This document shows positions 1-13,033 of a stretch of DNA of 53,200 bases, in pieces; the stretch's first letter is position 1, and each line of letters starts with the position of its first letter. The DNA is from Octopus bimaculoides (lineage: Eukaryota). A program made the translations under genes and the position numbers. Location of the stretch: the NCBI RefSeq assembly GCF_001194135.2, contig NC_069009.1:7735740-7788939 (forward strand), in the 5' to 3' direction. The notes under the pieces were generated by a model. That model searched no databases. It worked only from the letters and a program-made list of their open reading frames with translations, and was not told where the DNA came from.

Positions 1-291
1 GATAAAAATCAAACATTCAGACAACATCATGGTGTTTGGAGTGACACGTTACATCTCCATTCACCTCCCACACGGCCTCACACTCGACACAGAGACCTTC
101 ATCAAGTGCCTGGAGGAGGTAGTGCTGCCCTGGGTCAAGAGGGTGGCTGCTGGGAGACCCTACGTCTGGCAACAGGACTCTTCACCATGCCACACAAGTT
201 GGAGAACCCAGTTGTGGCTGTCAACTTTTTCGACCACATCACCCCTAACATCTGGCTACCTTACTCCCCAGACTGCAACCTCCTTGATTAA
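1..291 (+). mobile_element. Tc1/mariner transposase catalytic-domain remnant (DDxD type, frameshifted, truncated)
   Basis: ORF 29-298 gives RPYVWQQDSSPCH; the overlapping frame 106-291 gives WLPYSPDCNLLD. These match the second and third catalytic motifs. Spacing across the frameshift is about 36-37 residues, compatible with DD37D. Ends where a SINE begins. Confidence 0.8.
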
Positions 292-295
292 TATA

Positions 296-614
296 TAGTA
301 TTCCGTCGGTTACGACGACGAGGGTTCCAATTCATCCGATCAACGGAACAGCCTGCTCGTGAAATTAGCGTAAAAGTGGCTGATCACTCCACAGACACGT
401 ATATCCGTAACGTAGTTCTCAGTGAGATTCAATGTGACATAGAGTGTGACAAAGCTGGCCCTTTGGGATGCAGATACAACTCATATTTGTCAGCTGAGTA
501 GACTGGAGCAACGCGAAATAAAGTGCCTTGCTCAAGGACACAACGCGCTGCCGGGAATCGAACTCACAAACTTACGATCGTGAGCCAAATACTTTCACTA
601 CTAAGTCAGCGCCT
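296..614 (-). mobile_element. tRNA-derived SINE, family A
   Basis: Minus strand has A-box-like GACTTAGTAGTG, B-box GAGTTCGATTCCCG, then TTGTGTCCTTGAGCAAGGCAC. Related copies at 10355, 13312 and 35228. Confidence 0.85.
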
Positions 615-624
615 ACACACACAC

Positions 625-712
<88 letters not shown>

Positions 713-861
713 ATAGGTAGAGACATACATACAGATTTCCATATATGTTTGTGAGTACAGATACTACAGACATATGTATATTACATTTATATACATATAT
801 ATATATGTATATACACATCTCTATGTATGTATGTATCTATCTATCTATCTTTCTATCTATC

Positions 862-948
<87 letters not shown>

Positions 949-955
949 ATCTATC
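615..955. repeat. (CA)n and (TATC)n microsatellites
   Basis: (CA)n at about 615-710 and (TATC)n at about 835-955, read directly. Confidence 0.95.
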
Positions 956-2512
956 CAAGTGCGTCTTGGTTTTGTTCTTTGTTATAATTTTCCACAAAGA
1001 TCCTTTTTTAGACTCTCTTCTATGAGTTCGAAACTTCTTTAGCAAAATTATACCGAAATCTCACCTATTTGGATGAAACGACGTACAAATCGTAACGAGA
1101 AAAATTTGAATAAATTATGTTTTTTACGATACTTTCGGAACACAGCTGCAAGTTGTCTTGGTTTTATAACTTAGAATACCTTGAATATATGTATGCATGT
1201 ATGTACGTCTGTATATGTGCGTGCATGTACCTATACATATGTGCGTGCATGTATGTAGGTCTATGTATAGTAAATGTATGCATCAATACATCGTTTCTAA
1301 TAATTTCGTGACAGAATTGAATCGCATTCGATCATTGGACGATACATGTACACATGACAAGCGATTTCCGCAAAGGCACACAGTTTAAATGAATTTGCGG
1401 AAGTAAAGAACACGTATTATTAACATTCACCATGATACCTTTATGTCTTAGAATGGGTGCACCTCTATGAAATTCTGTAGGGTAAAGTGGGTAGCCTCCC
1501 TTAGAATTCACACTATTTCAGCAATGTAAATAGTTTGGAGTACTAGTTTCTACGATTATCCTTAAATGAGAAGAGAAAGTGGAGTGAGTCCTGAAAAGTA
1601 TATTTTCTAAGATAACTATAGAAAAGTTTAAGGAAACGTATGATAATAGAAATTAATAAAGAACGATTACATTTACTCATCATCTGTTTATACATTTTGT
1701 ACAATTTCTCCATTATGTATATACATACATACATACATGCATACATAGTTTCTCTAATCTGAACTCTCTTTTTTTCGCCCCGAGTTTCACGTTACAGCGA
1801 TCACCAGGCGTGAACTGTCATTCAGTGTAGCTGTACTGTGATATCCATCGGCGTGGGCGTGTTATTTTGTCTCTATACTTGTTTCTATTGGCTATTTGCT
1901 TGTGCTCTTTACACTATAACGTTGCCTGAGGCTGTTTATTTCATTGGTTTCTTTATCTTATAATGTTGTTTTATTTAATTAGGGTCGTTTCCTGACGTTT
2001 TCGCCATTCTATTGGTTCCTTATAATTTGTGTGTCTTTGCTTTTGTAGCTTTATTTTTATTTTCGTAAACATATTTGTCGAAATTGTTTTATTGTTTTGC
2101 GTGTTTCCACTTTATTAATTAATTGCATTTGTTTCTTTCGTGACAATAATTATGTTGTGTTGTTGAGCACATTTCCTGTTTTTCAGTTAGATATGTTTTA
2201 GTTGTTGACTAGCTTTGTATAGAAAGACATGTTTCTTACGGTTCGTTGGCCATACATCCTATTTTTCTTTTTCATGGTCTAGTGATTTTGGTAGTTATCA
2301 TTTTCCTTTTCGTTGATCATACATCCTGTTTTTTACTTTTATAGGTTGGTTGATTTTTCCTGCATATATATGTGTGTGTGTATATATATAAATATATATA
2401 TATATACTCACACACATACATTTATACATACATATAGACATACATTCATACATACATATAGATATACATTAATACATACACATATACATACATTAATACA
2501 TACATATATTCT

Positions 2513-2908
2513 TTTATTCTTTTACTTGTTTTAGTCATTTGACTGTGGCCATGCTGGAGCACCGCTTTTGGTCGAACAAATCGGTCCCAGGACTTATTCT
2601 TTGTAAGCCTAGTACTTATCCTATCGGTTTCTTTTGCCAAAATCACTAAGTTACTTGGACGTAAACACGCCAACATCGGTTGTCAAGCGATGGTGGGGAC
2701 AAATACTGACACACAAATACGTACATACATTTATATACATACATACATATACGACGGGCTTCTTTCAGTTTCCGTCTGCCAAATCCACTCACAAGTCTTT
2801 AGTCGGCTCGAGGCTACAGTAGAAGACACTTGCCCATGGTACTACGCAATGGGGCTGAACCCAAAACCATGTGGTTGGGAAGCACGCTTCTTACCACACA
2901 GCCGCTCC
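2513..2908 (-). mobile_element. tRNA-derived SINE, family B (bipartite, internal TA/TG microsatellite)
   Basis: Minus strand GGCTGTGTGGTAAGAAGC...GGTTCAGCCCCATTGCG head, ACGGAAACTGAAAGAAGCCCGTCG linker, 3' GGCGGTGCTCCAGCATGGCCACAGTCAAATGACT...CAAGTAAAAGA. About ten homologous copies in the window. Confidence 0.9.
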
Positions 2909-3187
2909 AAAAAAGTAAATAAATAAAATTTTTAAAAAAACCAATAAAATTACGGAAGCATGAACAAATGACAATAAAAAGATAGCTGCATTCATTTATA
3001 CATACGTACATACACATATATACATTCATACATACATACATTCCTATATACGTATATATTCACACACACACACGCGCATATATATATGTGCACATACACA
3101 GAGACATACACACACGGAAACACACACACACACACACACCATTTCTTGTAACACAATCCGCATCACCAAAACATTTTTTAACATCAT

Positions 3188-3520
3188 CGAAACAATACAG
3201 TTCTATATTTGAGAGATGAGGAATTATTTACATTTGACTGAAATTTGTCATCTTGTTTGATAATACATACATACATACATGCATACATGCATACATACAT
3301 ACACGACTCTCCAGCCTTCATCAGGTGTCCTGGAGGAATATCGAACCTGGGTTCTCATTCCTAAGGTATTTTCCCGATGTTATTATTCTTATATTATTAT
3401 TATTATTATCAGTATTATTTTTTTTCTTCTTTCTTCAAATTTTCTTCCATTTCTCGCCGAGTGTTTTCCGTACACCTAGGGCAGAGAAACTCATTGTATG
3501 CATTCCCAGTTTACACACGC
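3188..3520 (-). mobile_element. Penelope-like terminal-repeat fragment with 5' half of a hammerhead-like core
   Basis: Minus strand GACAC-CTGATGA-A-GGCTGG (CTGATGA at 3318-3324) runs into a (TACA)n tract. Family assignment is from resemblance to PLE pLTRs. Confidence 0.5.
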
Positions 3521-3586
3521 AAATTCTCAGGTAAAATATGTATTTAAAAAAATATTGATAAATAAATTCATGAATGGATGTTGTTT

Positions 3587-6530
3587 TCACAGCGATAATG
3601 CTCTTCTCAGTACATGAGGCGTTCCAGTTAACACGATTCTTCGCACTTCCTGTAGGGATGGTAGTAGGCCTGGTATCATTTTCAAATAGGTTTCAGTACC
3701 TTTTTTAATTTTTTTATCATTCCTAGAGATTCTACAATCACTGGTACGGTAGTCGCCTTGAAATGCCACATTTTTTCAATTTCTATTAGCAAGTCTTTAT
3801 ATTTACTGATCTTGTCAAATTCTTTCGCCGCTATATTGTGATCGCAAGGAATACTCATGTCAATTAATAAACACACCTTTTTTGTCTGATCTTTTATAAT
3901 AATATCCAGTTTATTAGCTTTTATAGTTTTGTCGGTATGTACGGGGAAGTCCCAGAGAATCGACACATTTTCTCTTTCAGTCACAGCTTCAGGATGGTGT
4001 TTATACCATTTGTCNNNNNNNNNNNNNNNNNNNNNNNNNNNNNNNNNNNNNNNNNNNNNNNNNNNNNNNNNNNNNNNNNNNNNNNNNNNNNNNNNNNNNN
4101 NNNNNNNNNNNNNNNNNNNNNNNNNNNNNNNNNNNNNNNNNNNNNNNNNNNNNNNNNNNNNNNNNNNNNNNNNNNNNNNNNNNNNNNNNNNNNNNNNNNN
4201 NNNNNNNNNNNNNNNNNNNNNNNNNNNNNNNNNNNNNNNNNNNNNNNNNNNNNNNNNNNNNNNNNNNNNNNNNNNNNNNNNNNNNNNNNNNNNNNNNNNN
4301 NNNNNNNNNNNNNNNNNNNNNNNNNNNNNNNNNNNNNNNNNNNNNNNNNNNNNNNNNNNNNNNNNNNNNNNNNNNNNNNNNNNNNNNNNNNNNNNNNNNN
4401 NNNNNNNNNNNNNNNNNNNNNNNNNNNNNNNNNNNNNNNNNNNNNNNNNNNNNNNNNNNNNNNNNNNNNNNNNNNNNNNNNNNNNNNNNNNNNNNNNNNN
4501 NNNNNNNNNNNNNNNNNNNNNNNNNNNNNNNNNNNNNNNNNNNNNNNNNNNNNNNNNNNNNNNNNNNNNNNNNNNNNNNNNNNNNNNNNNNNNNNNNNNN
4601 NNNNNNNNNNNNNNNNNNNNNNNNNNNNNNNNNNNNNNNNNGTACGTAAGTTCAAGCTGGATCAAGCCTCGACCTCTCTGAGCTCTGGGAAGGTAAAGAC
4701 GATCCACGTCTGCTTTTGGATGGTGCATCTTATTGCAAGTCAGTAGCTTGCGGATTTTTCTATCCATTTTCATTATTTCACTGGTATTTCAGTTAAGCAC
4801 ATTGAAGCTATAAAGAACAACTGGGACTGCTAAGGAATTTATGGCTAGCACCTTATTATATGCATTCAGCTCAGACTTCAGAATTGCTCTAACTCTTCTA
4901 TAACATTCCTTCCTAACATTCTCTTTCATGTTTGCATGCTAGATACCAAAGCCTTCATTTATTCCTAGATATTTATATGTTTGTTCCTGCTCAAGTTCCT
5001 TGATTACTGTTTCGACATCTAATTCAATTGAACTTGACTTTACCAGTTTCCCTTTCTTAAAAGTGGCTTTGATACACTTTTCAAGGCCAAACTCCATCAC
5101 GATATCATAACTGAATCCTTTCACAGTATGTAGTAGTCCTTCAAGCTCTTCATCATCTTTACCATATAGTTTTAAATCATCCATGTAAAATAGATGGCTT
5201 ATTTTCCTGTTGTCAATTTTGTAGCCATACCCTGTTCTATCAGTTCGCTTGAGAGTCGTATTAATGCTATGCAGAAAATTAGTGGTGAAAGTGAGTCACC
5301 TTGGAAAATGCCACAGTTTCTGCTAATACTGTTTGAGCGCAATACTCCATTAGAATGATATAATTGGAGCTTCGTGTTCCATAGTGACATATTATACTTT
5401 AAAAAATCTGAAATCACAGGAGAAATTTTGAAAATGTCCAGCGATTTCAGAATTCACAAATGTCGTATGCTGCCAAAGGCTTTTTTATAATCAATCCATG
5501 AAGAGCTGAGATTTCTGCGCTTGTTATGGCAGTTCTCAAGGATCATGCGATTAATTAAGAGCTGATCTTTGCATCCGTATGAGCCTCGTCGGCATCCTTT
5601 TTGTTCAGTGGGAAAGAGGTTATTCTCTTCCATAAACGTATATGCTTTCTCCACTAGAATAGATGTCAAAATCTTATAGGTAGCAGACAAACATGTTATA
5701 GGCCGGTAGTTTTTTGGGTCTTTGGTTTCGTTACCTTTGGGGAGGAGGTAAATAATACCACTTGCCATCCAATGGGGAGTTTTTTCTGGGTCTTTCATAA
5801 TACTATTAAATAGTATTAATAACATTTTGTTAGTAATAACGAACGAGAGAGATGAGAGCCAGAAATTTGGTACTCTATCAATACCAGGGGATTTCCACTT
5901 ATGAGCCTTCGTTAGTGCCCTCCTTAGGTCGGCGATTGAGTTGTCTTCCCATACCTGTTCTTGTAAATTTTTGTAGGTATCTTGGGTGCGTTTGATCCAG
6001 TCTGCATTTTCATTGTATGGTTTCTCATCACTCCAGATCCCTTTCCAAAAGTTTTCAGCTTCTTCCATTAGGGGTGGATTTTCAATGGTTATTTTTTCTT
6101 TGCCTATTTCCCTGCAAAATGATTTGGCATTGGATTTGAACATCTTATTTTGCTTGTAGAATCTGATTCTTTTCTCAAATATGCGTATTCTCTGAGCTTT
6201 TGCTTGAACTTTTTGTTTAAGTGTTTCATTCGCTGTCATTAGTTCTTCTGTTGTTGAGAGTCCATATTTTCTCACAATCTTCCTGCCTTTTTTTGGTCTT
6301 ACACCATTTCCAGAGATTAGCTCACTTAATATTGATATCTCCCTTCGCAGTTTGATTTTCTTTTCGAATTTGGTATTGTTGGCTTTTTGGGTGTCAAACA
6401 GCGTCTTTCGATTACCTTTGCAACAGAGCAAATAGTTTCATTTAACTTATTAAGAACGGGTTTTAGTTGTTGTATGATTTCTCGTGTAATGCAGTGTTGC
6501 CAATTTTTATTTGTGTTTTATGGCGAGAAT
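3587..6530 (-). mobile_element. RLE non-LTR retrotransposon (R4/Dong-like), degenerate RT plus endonuclease ORF
   Basis: RT motifs KSPGIDRVPNFW, NYRPITCL, EQKGCRRG, WIDYKKAF, IFQGDSLSPL and MDDLKLY in frameshifted pieces. C-terminus LWDFPVHTDKTIKANKLDII...EFDKISKYKDL...VLTGTPHVLRRAL. An N gap covers 4015-4641. Confidence 0.92.
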
Positions 6531-8379
6531 GGCATTTAACTATTTCTTCAAAGCAAAACTCGAAAATTAGTTGTCAGAGCAGGCCCGTACACTGAAAAAC
6601 GAAAGAACAAAAGCATTTTATGAGCCTAAGTAGCGGAGGCGTGACGTGGCCACAAAACCATGATACATTCATTGACGGACGGGAGGATGTATGCTCTACT
6701 CGGTTCCAAGCGAGTGTATGCAGCTTTCTAACTTCAGTTGACTGTTCATGATGAGCGATGAATTAGAGACATGCGGTCTGGGTCAATGTGGAAGCATGTC
6801 ATAACATCCAGATAAGGCAACTGTTAGCAAAACTTGGCTCTCCAAGACACCTTATTCCTGATCGACTTCGAGGTTTACATCTCTTGGTTGGCTTGGATCA
6901 CGTAGCGTAGCAATGCTGATTCGTAAAGGACAAGATCTGGCATTAAGTACGATTTTCGATCAGTCTCTCTCTGATACTATTGTCTTCTAAATTACGTGAT
7001 CTTTCAAGTAGGCTCCATTTATCAAGCTTGTTATTACCTAGTGAAATATACTTAGAGGAAAATTGCATTCACTCTATATAAACATAAAGCGAAAGTACCG
7101 AAGTAGCTACACCCTACAGGTGAACGACAGCGAGTACACGGTGGTACTTCCAGAGCAGTAGTTGTTTATATCACGGCAGATGTTGAATCGTCGAATTTAT
7201 TTAGATATTTAGACTCATACCTACCAATATCTCATTCATACTCTTACTGTTTCCTGATACAGCCAAAAGTGTCTGTGAACATTTGGTGGGGATGAGCCGC
7301 ATCGTAAAGATTTCTATAGTATCTGGGAGATAAACCATGAAACATTCATAGAACACCAATATGGTTTTAGCGAAACTTTATCTTTCTCCTGGGGTCATTA
7401 GGACTCCATGAAGACTCTGTCCGATCATATATCGTTCCTGGTTACTTCAGCACTTAGTACCTGCATGTACTGTCCCCTAAAATGACAACGATCCAGATGT
7501 CACCGGCCGTCACCAATATTATTTGCCGTGACCCCCTTGAATTGCCTCTCCAAGTATTGTAGTACAGGGCTCCTCTGTGCAGGTGTGTAACATCCAAAAC
7601 TTAAACTGCTTTTCCTTTTGTCTTCACTTTTGTATCCTATGTACACGGTTCTGCACACTCTGTTGCAGTTGATAGAGGAGATAATGTTCCAAAAATCGGT
7701 TAGTGCTGCTTGCAATTGCTCTTTGAGGGGCATCAGAAAGGCTCCTGTGGATTTTGAAATACGTTACTTTATTCTATTAAGGGTTTGTGGTAGGGATGCA
7801 CCTTTCTTTGTCACATAACTTTCCTAGGCAGGCTTTTTCTCTATATTGTAATTCATGTCTGAAGCCTTCTATTCGAGGTTGTATCATAGAAATAAGATGT
7901 AGAATTTATTATTTTTTTTAGCAAAAATGTGTATATCGGTGTTGCTGTTGTTGCTGTTACCGATAAACGTGTCATTTAAATTGTTCAACATAATGTTATT
8001 TTGTCTATCAGAGAATTATTATCATCATTTTGTGAAATACATATATTTGTTCTTTATTGTCGGTAAAAAATCGTTTGTCTTTTTATTTTGTGTTTGATGA
8101 AAATTCTTGCATTAAATAATTAAATAACCATAATTTACAAGTAGAAGAAAATGTTTATTTCGTAATTTAAAGTCTTCTGACCCGTTAAACAAAGATATAT
8201 AAGTTTTGATAAAAGATACAAATAAAACACTTAAAAACGAATAAGGGTAACCCATCCACATCTGGAAATGCAACGGCCATCTAGGTTGAATGAAAGCATA
8301 CACCGGCAGCGATCTCTTTCCATGCCTGATACAGGAAAACTGATACATCTAAAAATACCAGTGAATACACTGTGGTACC

Positions 8380-9060
8380 ATCACGTTTCCAACACATCAA
8401 CCCGCAGCCTCATAGCTCTCCATCGCATGCACTGGTGCGCACATGTCCTCTATCTGCCGCTAGATCATCCTACCAGAGCTTTACACTCATTCGACGCAGA
8501 AGCTGCAGGCTGGGGATGATCTGGAAATTGCGATTTATTGGAGCTACTGTTGTTATGTTGTCGTTGCTATCTCTCTTGTTATCTGTCATTTTCTTCCTCT
8601 GCTTTTCCAGCTCCTCAAAGTAGAGAGCATTCAGATGACTCTACTGTCACACATAAAGCAACTGGGCTTTCTGCTCTGCACCACCACCATAGTTGCTTGC
8701 TTTCTGTCTGCACATTAGATACAGTTCTGGGGTAATTTTTTTGTCACATCTGAGCCTGCATATCCATGCAAACCATAACCCAGTCAACTATTGTTTTGCG
8801 TACGTTTGCACCCACCACTCACTTTAACGTGTCACAGAGATGGCAACAAACCAAGAGTCAACGCCACAACCAATGTCCAACTCTGCCTGATACTTCACTT
8901 CTTCTTAGGTCAAGGTTTCAAAAAAAAACTGTTCATTTGTGGACATATGTAATTCCCCCACCCACCATTCTGCAAAAAGTAGAGTTTTATTTCTTGCCTA
9001 TTCTTGGATGTATTTCTTGAAGAAAGCATTGACTCTCGTAACATACTTCTCCCAGGCTGT
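8380..9060 (-). pseudogene. Possible highly degenerate Gypsy-type gag remnant
   Basis: Minus strand TAWEKYVTRVNAFFKKYI near 9000-9055 resembles the WxxYxxRxxxFF gag N-terminus; scattered CxxC motifs follow. Many stops. Confidence 0.25.
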
Positions 9061-9177
9061 ATTTTTACTTTGAGCGAACGAAGTAGTTTTTAAAACGTTT
9101 TGCTTTCGCCACTTGTGTGGTGGGAAAAGGTGTGAATGCATGTATTTTGCAAATATATCTGTCTGAAGGCTCTAGAA

Positions 9178-9536
9178 CAGGGGTTCTCAACCATTTTTAT
9201 CTACGAACCCCTTCGATTACTGTTTTATTCTGGTGGACCCTTCCCCCTTCCATAGCCATTCTGTGTTTAAAGACTAGTTTTATAGAAACTTCATTCAAAA
9301 TTCCCTATTTTGTTTTCCACGCATGAACTTGTGTAGGTTGAACTCTGTAAAATGTTAGAGACAGAAACTTAGCTGTTTCTTGCAATACATACGAATACAT
9401 ACATCTGAAGCAAAAATATTTTCATGGACCCTTAAAATACTACTGTAGATCCCCAATTTACTATTTTGTTGCGTGGATCCGCCAAAATCTTATATGGACT
9501 CTCAGGAGCTACATGAGCCCTGATTGAGAACCACTG
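9178..9536. mobile_element. hAT-superfamily MITE
   Basis: TIRs CAGGGGTTCTCAA / TTGAGAACCACTG. Perfect 8-bp TSD CTCTAGAA (9170-9177, 9537-9544) fits the NTCTAGAN target preference of Charlie-type hATs. Confidence 0.92.
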
Positions 9537-9814
9537 CTCTAGAATATTTCCCAACAAGGGTTATAAATAGAGTTGATATTGAGCGCCATTTCACAGAGCG
9601 TTGTAGAAATCGGACCGGAATGATTGTCTCTACTCTTTTTATGACTGCATGTTTAACTGACATGCAACTGTTGTGGCAGACACCAGCTCCAGCGGTAAAT
9701 TTTGATTTGCAGCTACTTCGTATATTACATTACATTTCTTTCCTTTTGCTGACTCTACGGGTATAGTTGCAATACATGACCAACTTCATATGGCTTGTGC
9801 CGCCTCCTCCTCCT

Positions 9815-9817
9815 CCA

Positions 9818-9850
<33 letters not shown>

Positions 9851-10080
9851 GTAACGTCCGTTTCCCATGCTGGCATGGATTGGATGGTTTGACAAGAGCT
9901 GGCCGCGAGCTGCACCAGGTTCCCTAGTTTGTTTCGGCTTAATTTCTACAGCTGGACGCCGTGCACAACACCAACAACTGTACAAAGTGTACTGGGTGTT
10001 TTTTTTTTTTTTATGTAGCACCAGCACCAGTGCTTTTTACATGGCACCAGTACCCATGCCAATGCTTTTTATGTAGCATC
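9815..10080 (-). mobile_element. 3' part of a SINE/LINE with (ATG)n tail
   Basis: (CAT)n on the plus strand followed by GTAACGTCCGTTTCCCATGCTGGCATGG...CTACAGCTGGACGCC, resembling RTE-related retroposon tails. Confidence 0.55.
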
Positions 10081-10354
10081 ATGTAAAACTGTTTGCTTGG
10101 TGTTGTTAAACCATTACACGCAGCTTTCGCAAACCAGCCAACAACTCATCCTAGCAACATTGGTACAACACAAGCTACTCTTATATCGATTTCAGTGCTT
10201 GACTGATATTTTATCAAAGTATGAAAGTAACGCTGTCGTCAGCGGGATTTGAATGTTATGAACCAGAATGCCTCCCACGAGTCACTCTCTACACTACTCA
10301 AACAAGTCAGCCAACCCACCACTTTTCACGTTGTTTCTAACAGAAACGCGTGGA

Positions 10355-10570
10355 GTGAAGGCGCATTGATTAGTGGTTAGGGTATTCGGCTCACAATCAT
10401 AAGGTCATGAGTTCGATTCCAAGCGACGTGTTATGTCCTTGAGCAAGGTAGTATCTGTATTTCAAAGGGTCAGCCCTATCACATTCTGTATCACGCTGAA
10501 TCACCCTGAAAACTACGTTAATGATACCCGCGGATCAACTAGAACACTCGTCGTCGGAACTGACACTGCA
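10355..10570 (+). mobile_element. SINE family A, internally deleted
   Basis: TTAGTGGTTAGG A box, GAGTTCGATTCC B box, GTCCTTGAGCAAGG; 3' end homologous to 296-480. Confidence 0.8.
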
Positions 10571-11217
10571 CCACTTTTTTTTTTTTTTTTTTTTGTCAGC
10601 AGAAATGCTAAGCCTGAAATTTTGGAGGAGAGGAATAGGTAATTGTACAGCAAAGCATGTATTTTAGCGAGGGTATCTTAATGTCACTTAGGCTAGAGGC
10701 GGAGTAACTAAATTGACAGAAAAACTGAAACTCAAAGGAGATAATACAGAAAAAAGACAATTCAGTTTTCTACAAATTATCTCTGCCCCCCCCCCCTCTC
10801 TCCTCTCTCTTTTTCTTTCTCTGCCTCTGTCTGTATTTGTAGTATGTGTAGGCGAATGAGAATGAAAAATGGATAATCTGACAGAACCATAAAAAAAACT
10901 CGACTTAATAGAAAGTATAATATCTCTACCATTAACATATTTGCCGTGTCAGCGATAACGTATCGGGCTGGAACCTAACAGACAGGTTCTACAGACTGTA
11001 ATATGAGAAGAAATCTACTACAAAAAGCACCATATATTGCACAATATGTCTGTTACCTTCCAAATAGAGTACAGCCCCAGAAGAAATGGTTCTAGAGAAG
11101 TAACGAGCGTCGGGGAACTAGGTGAGATGACAGTTATTGATGTTACTTTCCTGTTTACCACTTTCTAACAAGAATCTGTAATGTGCCGTTATTGTTTTTG
11201 TTGTGTCTACCAAAGAT

Positions 11218-11452
11218 GTTCCCCAACCTCATGGTTCGGGTTCAACTCTACCGTGAGGCACTCTGGACAAGTGTCTTCTGCTATAGCCCCAAGCTGACCA
11301 AAGACTTGTGAGTAGATTTGGTAGACAGAAACTGAAAGAAACCCACCGTATATATTCGTACTTACATACATGCTTACATGGATACACACGCACGCACACA
11401 CGCGTACACACAACGCATTTATATTTCTTGTTAAGCTAAGAAGCGGTGCATG

Positions 11453-11520
<68 letters not shown>

Positions 11521-11527
11521 GTGTGTG

Positions 11528-11584
<57 letters not shown>

Positions 11585-11827
11585 GGACATACTCATGCGC
11601 GCATAAGCAACACACACATATATGTATGCATGCATACATATATCTATATGTGTATCTGTGTTTGTTCCCCACTATTGCTTGTGTTGGTCTGTTTACGTCC
11701 CCCGTATTCTAGCGGTTCAGTAAAAGAGACCGACAGACTTTCTTAAAAAATGCTGGAGTCGATAATGCTTGATTAAACCCTTCAGGGCGGTGCCCCAGCA
11801 TTCCAATGACTGAAGCAAGTAAAAGAT
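11218..11827 (+). mobile_element. SINE family B with expanded internal microsatellite
   Basis: 5' half 11218-11350 and 3' half 11660-11827 are separated by about 310 bp of (TA)n/(TATG)n/(CA)n. Confidence 0.8.
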
Positions 11828-11969
11828 TATAGATCAGCTGAACTACCTTCTCATTAAATTACCATCTATGTGGCTGAGTATCCCATAGACTCTTGTTCCC
11901 TTAACGTAATCCTCATGGACGATCAGCATGGTACAGTGGGTGACAAGGATGGCCTGAATTACATGTACA

Positions 11970-12355
11970 CTAGGCCGGATTAAGACACATAGAAACCCTA
12001 AGCACATAAAAAATTTTGGTGAAGCCTCATATATATGTAATTCAAAATATAAACAATGATAAACCATAAAATGTTTTTTTTATTTCTCAAAATGAAACAG
12101 AAAATGGAAAATGAGGTTTATTTTTGTATATTCCCACTTTATTTAGATTAGATAAATTTTCTCCAATTTTTTGTAACTGTAAAGTCTTTGATCAGATCCC
12201 CAAAATTAATCTTATAAAACACATCTACTTTCTATGCCTAAATTATCTAACCAGGGCCGGATTAAGACCCGTAGAAGCCTTGAGTACTTAATGTATATAT
12301 GTAATTCAAACTATAAAGTCTTTGATTTGATCCTAAAAATTAATCTTACGAAACA
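11970..12355 (+). repeat. Two direct partial copies of an element end beginning AGGCCGGATTAAGAC / CAGGGCCGGATTAAGAC
   Basis: 11970-12220 and 12252-12355 share GGCCGGATTAAGAC, TATATATGTAATTCAAA and AAAGTCTTTGAT...AAAATTAATCTTA; the second copy is internally deleted. Confidence 0.65.
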
Positions 12356-12700
12356 TGGCTGTAGAGATAAGGCTTCACGAATATTATCTTAGCAAGTTTA
12401 AAGTGATTTCTTCTGTGCCGTAAACCATTTACCATTTCTGTGGTACCCACTCCCACCCCACACGTGCTTATTTTGTTTAATAGTTAATGCGTGTACAGTC
12501 TATTCGATGGACTCCGGTACAGTTTCCGTTTATCATGATATCATTCACAAGCCTCGAGTCGCCCGAAACTTTAGTAAAGGACGAAGTGGGATCGGCTGTG
12601 ATTGCGAAGCAAACTGCTTAATTATTCGGTCATGCTGTGCCTATGTATGGTTAGTGTCTGAAAGCAAAGCACTGGTGTTTGCTACAGAAGTAAAATAACA

Positions 12701-13030
12701 GGCGGAGGTATGGCTATGTGGTAAGACTTTGCTTCTCAACCACATGGTTCTGTGTTCAATCCCACTGCAAGGCACCTTGGATAAGTGTCTTCTATAGCCC
12801 CGAGTTGATCAAGGCCTTGTGAGCGGATTTGGTAGACGGAAACGGAAAGCTCGTTGTATGTGTGTGTGTGTCTGTTTGTTCGTGCGTGCGTGTGTATGTG
12901 TTTGTCCTCCACTACTGCTTGACAATAGAGACGGATAGAATAAGTGCTAGGCTTGAGAAAATTAGTACTCGATTGAACCCTTTAAGGAGGTGCCCCAGCA
13001 TGGCCACTGTCCAAATAATGAAACAAATAA
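12701..13030 (+). mobile_element. SINE family B
   Basis: Homologous head, linker and 3' end to 2513-2908. Confidence 0.85.
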
Positions 13031-13033
13031 AAT

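Noticed and set aside
1985-2015. GGCGAAAACGTCAGGA on the minus strand, resembling a hammerhead 3' half
   Set aside because: No CTGANGA box or stem II upstream.
7455-7745. Possible minus-strand exon (CCACAG| ... CAG|GTACTA)
   Set aside because: All three frames contain a stop between the sites, and the polypyrimidine tract is weak.
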